This document shows, in pieces, positions 11,960 through 24,445 of a DNA stretch of 64,000 nucleotides. Numbering within the stretch: position 1 is the first letter of the stretch; the number at the start of each line of letters is the position of its first letter. The DNA lies in NCBI RefSeq assembly GCF_006345805.1, contig NC_043003.1, positions 101,370,001 through 101,434,000 on the forward strand. Reading direction: 5' to 3'. Origin of the DNA: Octopus sinensis (Eukaryota). The notes under the pieces are model-generated. The model was not told the origin of the DNA and searched no databases. It saw nothing but the letters and a program-made list of their open reading frames with translations. Position numbers and translations under genes: made by a program.

Positions 11960-12135
11960 CCGCTACAGTTCCACCAATATTCTTTTGATACACTGGTGTC
12001 AATATTGTCAACATCATATGTAGGTATTTCTTTTTTTGTTATCTTGATCCAAATCACTCTGGTCACTGTATCATGCCTCATCAGAAAACATTCTCTCACA
12101 GTTGGCAACGGGTGGTTCAGGTCTTCGCTAGCATA
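11960..12135 (-). pseudogene. Possible fragment of an RLE-type (R2/NeSL/CRE-like) non-LTR element, zinc-knuckle/RHD region
   Basis: EDLNHPLPTVRECFLMRHDTVTRVIW...YWWN resembles the E-x-x-x-H...C...RHD-x-V motif that precedes restriction-like endonucleases. It is short and degenerate. Confidence 0.4.
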
Positions 12136-12229
12136 CATTTGTTGTGTGTCAACATATTCTACCGCTTATGTTGTATGTACTTTGTTCAAATTAAGAAGTA
12201 ATCAGTTAATATACATTTACTAACAGCTA

Positions 12230-15200
12230 TGGAGAATTACCAAACATTTCATTAAAGTCTCAAATTTTCTCAGAAAACATAACTGAAAATGTTGGAATTT
12301 AGCATGAAATTTTCTATCATTTTGAAATGAAAAATTATTCTTTTCTCATTTGTGACTTTAAATTTTTGTCACACACTTGTCAGATTCAGAAGTAATGGGT
12401 TAACTTTGAAGATATCTATCAGACATTTCACTGAAACCTCATCGTTTCTCAAAAAACATAACGACCAAAAAAAATCAGCATCAAATCTTTTGAAAGATTT
12501 GGAATGAAATATTATTATTTTCTCAGGGTGATATTCAACATCAGTCAAATCCGTCTGTAGGAATTTTCTTTTTTTTTTTTTTTGTTAAATTGTTCTGTAC
12601 CATTCAAAGACCACCTCCCCCTGTGGGATGAAGTTAAAATGATAGACAAAGAACATGATTGGAAAATACGAAAACTAAAAGAAGCAGCACATATGCTAAG
12701 ACACAACAACCTCCTAAGCAGACCGAGTGCAGATATGAATAGTATATGGGAACCGGTATTAAGGAAGGATAGGAAAATATTAGATTTATAAGCCCTAAAA
12801 TTTGCCCACAGGCATATGGCATAGTGGTTAAGAGCGCAGGCTACTGATTCCAAGTTCCATTCCAGGCAGTGATCGGAATTGAAAAATACGTTAGGAATGA
12901 GATATTGATGAAGAATGGAGGATATATCAGCCAAAACGTGTTAACAACAAAGATGACAAATATCCATGAAATGTAAATAATGTACATAATTCCTCATCGT
13001 TTAAATATGAAACTGTAACATATGGAAGTTTCAGTAAAAGAAACTGATTTTAACTGACAGAAATTGATACTTAATGATGAAATAATATGCAATTTTCATT
13101 TTAAAATTGTACTTTTCCTGAAAATTATGAACACTTTTGCAGTGATTTTGTCCACATGTTTCTAGAAAGATGTTTTCACTTCAGTTATATATAATATTTA
13201 TAGCTATTAGTAAATGTATGTTAATCGATTGCTTCAGAATCTGACAAGTGTGAGTGAGAGAAATTCAAAATCACATCTGAAGAATATCAAGCAGAGAGTG
13301 CAATTTTCATCTCCAGATTTGCTCATGATTTCCAATATTTTCAGTTCTCATGATTACTGAAGAATGTGTAGACTGCAGTGAAATGTTTGATAAATATAAT
13401 TTTCTCAGGTATTAGTAAATATATATTAAAACAGTAGTTCTGAATCTGACAATTGCGCAGAAATTTTAAAGTCAGTAATGATGTAAAGAACAAATATCCA
13501 GTTTCAATATTTCGAAAACTTTCATGCTGATTTCTGGTTTTCATGTTTTCTGAAAAACGTCTTCAAGGAAATGTTTACTCAATATATGCTTCGTTAATTA
13601 CTGTTGAGTATGACAAATGTTACTGAGAAAAGTTAAAAGTCACAAATGAGTATGAGCTCATATAATATTCATAGAATAGTTTCATGCCGATTTCCAACAC
13701 TTTTAGCTATCAGGCTTTCTGAGAAAGGTCAGGAGTTCAGTGAAATGTTTGGTAGATATAATCATCCCAGTTAGTAAATCTGAATCTGACAAGTAAAATG
13801 GAGAAAATTTGAAACTCACTAATGATGAATATGATGAGCCTGTGAAAAGAATGTTTTGTTTAAAAAAGATTAGAAAGTTTCATTCTGATTTCCAACATTT
13901 TCAGTCATTTGAGAAAGTTTGAAACCTCAGTGAAATGTTTGTTAAATATATTCTCACAGTAGTTAATAAATGTACATTAAGCCATCTTCTTAATTTTCAG
14001 AAGGTAACTTTAGCATAAGAAGTAGTAAATGTTGCTACACAAGTGAAAACCACAACCAGCTATTGCCAACTGTTTTCTCACAAGGCATGATGCAGTGGTC
14101 AGAAGGTTTCGGAACAATTTAAGAAGAACGAAAATACCTACAGACGAAATTATCTATATGTATACAAAGTATATTGATTGAACTAAAAATGAAAAGAGAT
14201 TTTAAACTTAAATGGTCACATCTGTTGTGTGCGCCCACATGTAACATATAGAAGTTTTGGTAAGAGATAAATGATAAAAATTGACAAAAGAATATGCAAT
14301 TTTCATTTAATGTTTGTACTTTCATTTGCTGAAAATTGTCACACTAGCTGGCTATTTATTCTCTCCACATGTTTTCACTTAAGTTATATAAAATCTTTAT
14401 AGCCATTAGAAAATGTATCTTAAAAAATTACTCCAGGATCTGACAAGTGAGAGAAATTCAAAATCACATTTATTAGGCTGAGAAAGGGCAATTTTCCTTT
14501 TCAAAAGTTCAGAAGGATTTCCTCATGATTTCCAATAATTTCAGTTCCAATGTTTTCTAAAAAGTGTTGGCAAATGTAATGCTCACAGTTATTAGGAAAT
14601 ATATATTTAGACTTTCGTTCTAAGTCTGAAAGTCAGTAATGATAAATATTAGCAAGCATGACGACAAATATCCGTCGAATATAAAAAAAGCCATTACTTT
14701 GTTAAACTGAGGTAGAAAATGTTGCTACACAACAGATATATGCCCAAGACAGAAAACCTCAACCAGATGCATGATGCAATGGCCCAAACAGTCTGGAACA
14801 AAGAAGTTGAAACCTAACTGGTTACATACTGTTCTGTAGAGCACGTAACATATACAGGTTTGAGTAAGGGAAATTGATACTGACAGAAATTGATAATAAT
14901 AATAATGAAAGAATATGTAATTTTCATTTGCTTCAGATATACAATTTTCCAGCTATTCTGTCCACATGTGAGAAATATTTGCTCTTTATTAGTAAATGTA
15001 TGTTAAACAATTGCTTCAGAATCTGAAAGAAGTACAAATTTACGTGAAGTATATTAGGCAACGGAACTGAAATTTTCCTTATCAACATATTAGAAAGATT
15101 AGCTCATGATTTCTAATATTTTCAATTCTCCTGATTTAGTCTGCAGTGAAATGTTTGGTAAATATAATCTTTGTAAATATCTATTAATACAGTAGTTTGA
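12230..15200. repeat. Highly diverged AT-rich satellite-like region
   Basis: Recurring motifs AATCTGACAAGT, GTGAAATGTTTG, CATGATTTCCAA and GCAATTTTCATTT at irregular spacing of a few hundred bp. Confidence 0.6.
12582..13020 (+). mobile_element. Penelope-like element 3' end: GIY-YIG tail, tRNA-like module and degenerate hammerhead
   Basis: The ORF reads HLPLWDEVKMIDKEHDWKIRKLKEAAHMLRHNNLLSRPSADMNSIWEPVL*. It is followed by GGCATATGGCATAGTGGTTAAGAGCGC (tRNA 5'-like) and TTGATGAAG...CAGCCAAAACGT (decayed CTGATGA...GAAAC). Confidence 0.65.
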
Positions 15201-15269
15201 AAGTCAGTAATGATAAAGAAGAAATTTCCTGTAATACGAATACAACATATTAGCTGATTGATTATACGA

Positions 15270-18110
15270 TTATATTTATCAAAGAGATTACTGAAATCAC
15301 AAAAGCTTTCAGAAAACAAAATGTGTCAAAGTATTGCAAATTAGCATAAAAAAGTGAACAAAATTGCTAATTCAAATTTGTTGTTTTTTAGTACTTATTT
15401 GCAATATTGTGACACATTTTGTTTTCTCAAAACTTTTGAGATTTTAGTGATCTCTATTATAAATCAGTTAACACATTTGACACAAATAAGTACTAAAAAG
15501 CAACAAATTTGAATTAGCAATTTTTTTTGTTAATTCACTTTATTATGCTTATTTGCAATAATTTGACACGTTTGTTTTTTAGAATCTTTTGTGATTTCAG
15601 TGATCTCTTGGGTAAATATATTAAGATTATATTTATCCAAGGGATCACAATAATCCCAAAAGTTTTCAGAAAACAAAATATCTCAAAATATTGCAAATAA
15701 TTACTAATAACCAAATAATTTGAATTAGCTATTTTGTTCACTTTTAAATGCTCAGTTGCAATATTTTGACACATTTTACATTCTGAAAAATTAACTAATT
15801 GATAATAAGATTATATTTCACTAAAATCTAAAATGTTTTCAGAATACAAAATATGTCAAAATATTGCTATTTTGAATTGGCAATTTTGTTCACTTTATGA
15901 TTATTTCAATATTTTGACACATTTTCTTTTCTGAAAGCTTTTGTGATTTCAGTGATGTCTTGGGTAAATATTTTAGCTGATTTTATTTATCCAAAAGTTT
16001 TCAGAAAACAAAATGTGTCAAAATATTGCTAAAAGTCCTAAAAAACAGCAAATTTGAATTAGCAATTTTCCTGGGTCTACCTCTTCCACGGGTTCCCTTA
16101 ACTGCTAGGGTGTGGCACTTTTTCACACACCTATCTTCATCCATTCTCGCCACATGACCATACCAGCGCAATTGTCTCTCTTGCACACCACAACTGATGC
16201 TTCTTAGGTCCAACATTTCTCTCAAGGTACTAACGCTCTGTCGAGTATGCACACTGACATTACACATCCATTGGAGCATACTGGCTTCATTCCTCGCGAA
16301 CTTACGCATGTCCTCAGCAGTCACGGCCCATGTTTCACTGCCATGTAGCATGGCTGTTCGTACACATGCATCATACAGTCTGCCTTTTACTCTGAAAACA
16401 TATACCTGGGAGTATATGAGTTATAATATACATACCTGTATCAGATACATATACTTATATCTGTGTGTGGGTGTGTTTATGCATGTATGTGTGTGTGCTT
16501 GTGTGTGTTGTGCATGTGCATGCATGTATGTGTACTTGTGTGTTGTACTGTTGGGGCAAGTGAAATTGAAATCGAAATCGGAATCAAAATTGAACCAATC
16601 CTATAACTGGCACCTGGCAGATGCCAGGACCCCTGGACTGGTAGTATGTAAAAAGCACTATCCGAATCGTGGCCGATGCCAGCGCCGCCTAGACTGGCTT
16701 CCGTGCCGGTGGCATGTAAAATGCACCAATCCGACTGTGGCCGATGCCAGCCTCGCCTGGCACCTGTGCAGATGGCACATAAAAAAGCACCCACTACACT
16801 CACGGAGTGGTTGGTGTTAGGAAGGGCATCCAGCTGTAGAAACATTGCCAGATAAAACTGGAGCCTGGTGCAGCCTTCTGGCTTCCCAGATCCCTGGTCG
16901 AACCGTCCAACCCATGCTATCATGGAGAATGGACGTTAAACGATGATGATGATGATGAATTTTGTTCACTTCTTTACATTTATTTGCAATATTTTGACAC
17001 ATTTTGCTTTTTGAAAATATAATCTTATTATCAATCAGTTAAATTATATTTACCCAAGTTCTGAAAATTTTTGAGATTTTAGTGATCTCTTCGATAAATA
17101 TAATCTTATATGTACCCCATAGATCACTGAAATCACAAAAGTTTTCAGAAAACAAAATGTGTCAAAATATTGCAAATAAGCATAAAAAGTGAACAATATT
17201 TTGACACATTTTGTCTTTTGAAAAGTTTTGTGATTAGAATGTTCCATTGGGTTTCTAAGAAACAACAAATTTGAAGTAGCAATTTTGTTCACTTTTTTAT
17301 GCTTATTTGCAATATTTTGATTCAGTGATCTATGGGGTAAATATAAATTAACTGATTGATAATAAGATTATATTTATCCAAGAGAATACTAATGCTAAAA
17401 GTTTTCAGAAAACAAATTGTGTCAAAATATTGCTAATAAGTCCTAAAAAACAACAAATCTGAAGTAGCAATTTTGTTGTTTTTTAGGACTTATTAGCAAT
17501 ATTTTGACACAATTTGTTTTCTGAAACCTTTTGTGAGTCAATGATCTCTTAGGTAAATATGTTAACTGATTGATAATAATATTATATTTATCCAAATGTT
17601 CACTAAAATCTATAAAGTTTTCAGAAGAAAAAATGTGTCAAAATATTGCTAATAAGTACTAAAAAACAACATATTTGAATTAGCAATTTTTTTCACTGAA
17701 ATTACAAAGTTTTCAGAAAGCAAAATGTGTCAAATGATTGCTATTTTGAATTAGCAATTTTGTTCACTGTTTTATGCTTTTTTCTAATATTTTGTATTGA
17801 GAAAACTTTTAAGATTTTAGTGATCATTTTGATAGATATAATATAATTATCAATCAGTTAACATATTTACCCAAGAGATCACTGAATCACAAAAGTTTTC
17901 AGAAAACAAAATGTGTCAAAATATTGCAAATGAGCATAAAAAAGTGAACAAAATTGCTAATTCAAATTTGTTGTTTTTTAGTACTTATTTTGACACATTT
18001 TTGAGATTTTAGTGATCTCTTGGATATATATGTATTTACCTAAAAGATCACTGAAATCACAAAACAAACTGTGTCAAAATTACAAATGAGCATCAAAACG
18101 TGAACAAAAT
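15270..18110. repeat. Satellite of palindromic monomers (~58-bp inverted arms around a ~55-bp loop)
   Basis: GAGATCACTGAAATCACAAAAGTTTTCAGAAAACAAAATGTGTCAAAATATTGCAAAT and its reverse complement recur many times, with loop AAGTGAACAAAATTGCTAATTCAAATTTGTTGTTTTTTAG in either orientation. Confidence 0.85.
16070..16957 (+). mobile_element. RTE LINE insertion with inverted 5' segment (RT on minus, 16070-16396), ~150-bp filler and plus-strand 3' UTR (16548-16957)
   Basis: The AATTTT TSD sits at 16064-16069 and 16958-16963 inside the satellite motif GAATTAGCAATTTTGTTCAC. The minus-strand ORF reads MLHGSETWAVT...GRGRPRK, and there is a (GAT)n tail. Confidence 0.85.
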
Positions 18111-18439
18111 TACAAATTTATTAAAAGGTTCAGAGAAAACGATTTCTTTGTCAATGCGCTTCACTCCTTCCACTCATCATACGAATACAACATACCAGAA
18201 GTACATAAATATAAATACTTATACATTTTATACAAATGCAACATACATATATGTTAGCTGATTGATAATACTTTTCACTATACACAAATATGTCAAAATA
18301 TTGCTAGTAAGCTTGAAAATATAACGTGAAGAAATTTGTAAATTTATTAAAATATTCAATTGCATATCGAAACGATTTCATGGTCCATTCCCTCCATTCC
18401 CTCCACTCATCAGTGCAGCCATAACCAGAAAATATATAT

Positions 18440-18516
18440 ATATGTTAGCTGATTGATAATACGATTATATTTATCTCTTTGATAAATATAATCGTATTAT
18501 TAATCAGCTAACATAT
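18440..18516. repeat. Fold-back hairpin, 36-bp arms, 5-nt loop, 1 mismatch
   Basis: ATATGTTAGCTGATTGATAATACGATTATATTTATC tcttt GATAAATATAATCGTATTATTAATCAGCTAACATAT. Confidence 0.9.
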
Positions 18517-18530
18517 GTTGTATTCGTATG

Positions 18531-19406
18531 GTTAGGGTTAGTGTTAGGGTTAGGGTTAGTGTTAGGGTTAGAGTTAGATACCTCATTTTCCTGAAAACTT
18601 TTGTGATTTCAGTAATCTCTTTGATAAATATACTCGTATTATCAATCAGCTAACATATATGTTGCATTCGTGTAATATGTATAAGTATTTATATTTATGT
18701 ATTTCTGGTTATGACTGCACTGACCATGTAATCGTTTTCATATACAACTGAACTTTTTAAAAATTTGCACTTTTTATCACGTTTTCATGCATATTTGCAT
18801 ATTTTGACACATTTCATTTTCTGAAAATGTTTTGTGATTTCAGTTATCTCTGATAAATATAATATTAATAATCGACTAACATATATATACCAAGTTTATT
18901 AGTCTGAAAAGTGTTTCTCACAAGAATGAAATGTCACAAATATGTTAATACCTAAACTGAAAAACAAGAAATTTGCATTTGAAAGATTTTTCATATTTTC
19001 AAGCTTACTAGCAATATTTTGATACGTTTATGCATCGTGAGAAGTTTTGTGATTTTAGTGATCTATCTCTTTGATAAATATAATCGTATTATTAATCAGC
19101 CAACATATGTTGTATTGGTATGGTTAGGGTTAGGGTTGGGTTGGGTTAGAGTTACTGTTGGGTTAGGGTTAGGGGTTAGGTTTAGGGGTTAGGGTTAGGG
19201 GTTAGGAGTTAGGGTTAGTGTTTGGGGTTAGGGTTAGGGGTTAGGGTTAGGGGCTAGGGTTAGGGTTAGGATTAGGTTTAGGGTTAGGGTTCGGGTTAGG
19301 GGTTGGTGTTAGGGTTAGGTCTAGGGGTTAGGGTCAGGGTTAGGGGTTAGGGTTGGGTTAGGGTTAGGGTTAGAGGTTAGGGTTAGGGTTAGGGTTACAG
19401 TAAGGG

Positions 19407-19439
<33 letters not shown>

Positions 19440-20320
19440 TGGGTTAGGGTCAGGGTCAGGGTTAGGGTTAGGGTTACAGTAAGGGTCAGGGTTAGGGTTT
19501 AGGGTTAGGGTAAGAGTTAGTGTTAGGGTTAGGGTTAGATACCTTATTTTCCTGAAAAGTTTTGTGATTTCAGTAATCTCTTTGATAAATATGCTCATAT
19601 TATCAATCAGCTAACATATACGTTGCATTCGTGTAATACGTATAAGTATTTATATTTATGTATTTCTGGTTATGACTGCACTGATGAGTGGAGGGTACTG
19701 ACCATGTAATCGTTTTCATATACAACTGAACTATTTAAAAATTTGCACTTTTTATCACGTTTTCATGCATATTTGCATATTTTGACACATTTCGTCTTCT
19801 GAAAATGTTTTGTAATTTCAGTTATCTCTGATAAATATAATATTAATAATCGACTAACATATACATATACCAAGTTTATTAGTCTGAAAAGTGTTTCTCA
19901 CAAGAATGAAATGTCACAAATATGTTAATACCTAAACTGAAAAACAAGAAATTTGCATTTGCAATATTGTTCGTATTTTCAAGCTTACTAGCAATATTTT
20001 GATACGTTTACGTATCGTGAGAAGTTTTGTGATTTTAGTGATCTATCTCTTTGATAAATATAATCGTATTATTAATGAGCTAACATATGTTGTATTCGTA
20101 TGGTTAGGGTAAGGGTTAGGGTTGGGTTAGGGTTAGGGGTTGGTGTTAGGGTTAGGGGTTAGGGTTAGGGTTTAGGGTTTAGGGTTAGGGTTAGGGTTTA
20201 GGGTTTAGAGTTAGGGTTAGGGTTATGGTTGTGTTAGGGTTTGGGTTGGGTTAGGGTTAGGGTTAAGGGTTAGGGTTACGGTTGGGTTAGGGTTAGGGTT
20301 GGGTTAGAGTTAGGGTTGGG

Positions 20321-20355
<35 letters not shown>

Positions 20356-20440
20356 TGTTGGGTTAGGTTTAGGGTTAGGGTTGGGTTAGGCTTAGGATTG
20401 GGGTTGGGGTTGGGTTAGGGTTAGGAGTTAGGGTTAGGGT
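18531..20440 (+). repeat. Interstitial telomeric arrays (TTAGGG)n at 18531-18577, 19123-19538 and 20103-20440, separated by a duplicated ~550-bp spacer (980-bp period)
   Basis: Degenerate TTAGGG repeats. Spacers 18578-19122 and 19539-20102 are near-identical, and each array starts after CATATGTTGTATT(C/G)GTATG. Confidence 0.95.
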
Positions 20441-21450
20441 TTTCTGTATGTGTCTTTCTGTATCTGTGTTTTGTGTATTTTGTGTGTGTGCTATGCGTGT
20501 GTTTGTGTTTGTTTGGTGTGTTTTGAGTGTTTTGTGTTTGTTTTGTGTGTATATTGAGTGTGTTTTGTGTGTTTAGTTTGTGTATTTTTTACGTGTTTTT
20601 TTAGTGTTGTATTTTGTGTGTGCTTGTGTATATTGTATGTGTTTTGTGTTTAATGATTATGTTTTGCGTGTTTTTTTTTCAGTTTTCTGTATATGTCTTA
20701 TGTGTGTTTTGTGTGTATTTCGTGTGTGTATATTGCGTTTTTTTGTTTCTTTTTGTGTTTGTTTTTTATGTTTTGTGTGTGTTATGTGCGTGTTTCTGTG
20801 TATTTTGTGTGTGATTTGTGTGTGATTTGAGTCTATTTTGTGTGTTTTTTTTGTATGTTTTTCTTGTTTTTTGGGTGTATAGTGTTTTGTGCGTTTTTTT
20901 GTGTTTTTTCTTGTGATTTGTGTTTGTTTTGTGTGTTTTGTGTGTATTTTGTGTTATTTTTTGTGCATTTTTGTTGTGTTTTTTGTGCGTTTTCTGTGTA
21001 CATTGAGTGTGTTTTGAGATTAGTTTGTGTTTGTTTTGTGTGTGATTTGTGTGTGTTTTATACGTGTTTTGTGTATTTTGTGTGTGTTTTGTGCATGATT
21101 TGTGTTTGTTTTCTGTTGTCTGTGTGTTTTATGTGTGTTTTGTTTGTATATTGTGTGGGTTTCGTGTGTGTTTTGAGTGTGATTTGAGTTTGTTTTGTGT
21201 GTCTTTTAGTCTGTTTTATGTGTTGTGAGTTTTTTGTGTTTGTTTTGTTTGTGTTTTTGTGTGTTTTCTCTGTTTTCTGTTTGTTTTGTGTTTTGTGTTT
21301 GTTTTGTTTTTGTTTTTTTGTGTTTTGTTTGTTTTGTGATAGTTTTTTGTGTGTGCTTTGTGTGTCTTTTCTGTGTTTTGTGTGTGTTTTAAGTGTGCTT
21401 TGTGTATGTTTTGTGTTTGTTTTCTGTGTCTTTTGTGCTTGTTTTGTGTG
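20441..21450 (+). repeat. ~1-kb T/G-rich low-complexity tract (TTTGTG-like) abutting the telomeric array
   Basis: Almost exclusively T and G with no fixed period. Confidence 0.9.
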
Positions 21451-21519
21451 AGAAAAAGAACTGGGCTTACAAAGTATGTCCTGGGGTACGTGACTAAAAT
21501 CGTTGCTCCAGCCTATATT

Positions 21520-21583
<64 letters not shown>

Positions 21584-21598
21584 CATACATACATGCAA

Positions 21599-21644
<46 letters not shown>

Positions 21645-21722
21645 ACATGTATAGATTTATGTACATATGGATATATATATGTATGCATATATATACATAT
21701 ATCATATATATATATAATATAT

Positions 21723-21774
<52 letters not shown>

Positions 21775-21872
21775 ATATGTATATATATGCATACATACAT
21801 ATATCCATATGTACATAAATCTTTACATGTACATATATATATATATAAATATGTATATACATACATATATAT

Positions 21873-21930
<58 letters not shown>
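21520..21930. repeat. (TA)n-rich microsatellite
   Basis: Visible directly. Confidence 0.95.
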
Positions 21931-21935
<5 letters not shown>

Positions 21936-22336
21936 TGAATTGCGTTTTTACCGCTTGGTTCGCTTTCAATGCCACTACATCCCGTCCGATTCGCTCCAAA
22001 ATTTACAGGGACATGTAGAATGAGGTGACGATGCGCGTGGGCTACCTTAGAAATCCCTATCTTAAAAGGTGTGGTTGCTAGGGGCCATCTCCCTCACTCA
22101 CCCTATTTCCTCCAGTACTCTCTCACTCCTCTTCATTGACAATGCAACTACCGTTATTTAATGTAAAGTCTTCCTCAAATCACTCTCTCGCTATTTACTC
22201 TCTTCCAAGAACATTTTCACTCACTCTATCTCTTACCTTCCTATACATTTTACTCATGTGTCTATCAGCGTTCATGGACAGTAACAAATATTACATCGCC
22301 ATCCCCATCGCCATCGCATTCTATTGTCTACCTATC

Positions 22337-22374
<38 letters not shown>

Positions 22375-22463
22375 CATATATCTAATATTATATTTTTATG
22401 TTTTTGTTTTTTTACTGTTTCATTTCCCTATTAGTGGTTTGATCTCTAATTTAATTTCTACAG

Positions 22464-22500
<37 letters not shown>

Positions 22501-22699
22501 CTATATGTGGCCCCAGTAGACCCGAATGAAATCGGGTTCTCTTCATCAAAATGTTAAAAGGGGTCTAGAATTATCATCGCCACAACTTATGTTTTTCCTA
22601 ATGATAATTATCATCGCCACCACCAACACACAATCATGACAATCTTTCTCTTAAAACAAATCATGTTTACATTGCAAAATATTTCATTTTCCCGTCCTC

Positions 22700-23853
22700 T
22701 CTTTCATATATGTGACCCAGGTTTGGGTGGCCGCACAGCTACAATTAAACAACGGCTAAAAACATTCGATGTTGATAATGCCTGGATCGTTCCATTCAAC
22801 CCTTTGATTTCCAAAACATTTAATGCACACATTAATGTTGAGTACTGCAGTTCGGTGAGATGCATACAATACCTCTGCAAGTACATTAATAAGGGCGATG
22901 ATATGACTGTGTTTGTGTTCAGTGATGAAGACCTTAGACATGACGAAATTAAACAATTCGTTTTGGGTAGGTATGTATCCTCCAATTAAGCAGCGTGGCG
23001 CATTTTTGGATACGAGATTCATCTAAGCTCACCATCAGTTTTCCACCTGAATGTTCATTTACAGAAGAGACAGCTGGTTTACTTCACAGAGGAAAATGCA
23101 CGTCAAGTCATTGAAAATCCAAAAGGGACTACGCTTACAGCATTTTTTAAATTGTGTTCAGTTGATGAGTTTGCTGCTACTCTCATTTACCCTGAAGTAC
23201 CAGAATATTACACATACAACAACAATAATTGGAAGCGCAGGTCACATGGAACAGAACTTGTCAATTGGCCCGGTGTTTCTAGGAAGAACGTCATTGGGCA
23301 TGTGTATAATATTCATCCTACCAAACAGGAAATCTTTTTGAGAATGCTACTTCATGTAGTTACTTGACCGAAGTCTTTTGCTGATCTTCGCACGGTTGAT
23401 GGTATCATCTGCGCCACTTACAGGAAAGCATGTTTGAGGCGCGGACTTCTTCTCAATGACGACCACTTACACAGGACATTAGCAGAGGCCTCAAATTGTA
23501 AACTGCCATAGCAAATGCGTCAATTGTTTTGTAGCATATTAATCCACTGTAATCCCAGCAACCCTCTTAACCGTTGGGAATCGTTCAGACAGAGCCTATC
23601 AAAGGACATACAGGCTAATTTAGCGCTACGTGATGGCAACGACGATGTTTATAATGAGGCATTAATCGACATGGACAGGCACATCAGACGCTATGTTATA
23701 CGCGGTTTAAGTGAATTCCATCTGCCAACACCTGTCCATCATGAAGCGCCTTTGGATGTTGAATACATGTCAGAAAAAAACTACCACATTGCCGAATTGA
23801 CGGAAATAATTACGCGAGATGAACCAAGACTTTTGCCTGAACAAAGAGAGATT
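22700..23853 (+). pseudogene. Helitron RepHel: C-terminal part of Rep domain and linker (stops and frameshifts)
   Basis: DNAWIVPFNP...NAHINVEYC...YLCKYINKGDD (Y2 motif), DEIKQFVLGRYVSS, LRMLLHVV, MRQLFCSILIHCNP. The HUH motif region is absent. Confidence 0.9.
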
Positions 23854-24445
23854 TGTAGTGATCCTATATAATGGTGCGCGCACGCGCACCGTCCATTTCT
23901 ATTTCGCACGTGCGGTCTTGGTGCCTTCACCAAGGCAGAGAGGAAGGGCCCTCTCGCGCATGCGCGAAGCCCCGGAAGAAGGACCATTTGCCTACGTGGA
24001 GTTAGCCGAGGCAAGGGGATCGTAGGACGTTGACCACTAGCGTCCAGCAGCAGTCAGTGACTTGAGACAAAGCGACCGAGGGCAATGGACGTATATTTTC
24101 TCGCTGTCCATTTTTGATAGCAGTCGGCCGAAGGCTTTAACCAAATTGTTGCAGACAACATCATCTTCCTCTTTCCGGACGCCATCTTTGACCAGTGTCG
24201 TTAGCATTTAAACACTGTAGATTCTACAGCGATATAGTTCAGCTCTGACACATCTATACCAAAGGGATACCCAGATATACCACTTATTTGTTACTGTCAT
24301 AAGAGAATAAAGTAGATATATATTATTTACGTCTGCGTCTTGTTGTTTCCGACTGGTAGAGAATCTGGATTATTAAAGCAACGGAAAGTGATTGCTTCTC
24401 GCACCCCCAAAAGGTCCAGAGAAGATATTCACACTTTCGTTACAC

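Noticed and set aside
15270-18110. Repeat-spacer appearance reminiscent of a CRISPR array
   Set aside because: The spacers are themselves repeated, the context is eukaryotic and there are no cas genes.
19681-19730. CTGATGAG motif in the telomeric spacer
   Set aside because: No downstream GAAA or supporting stems.
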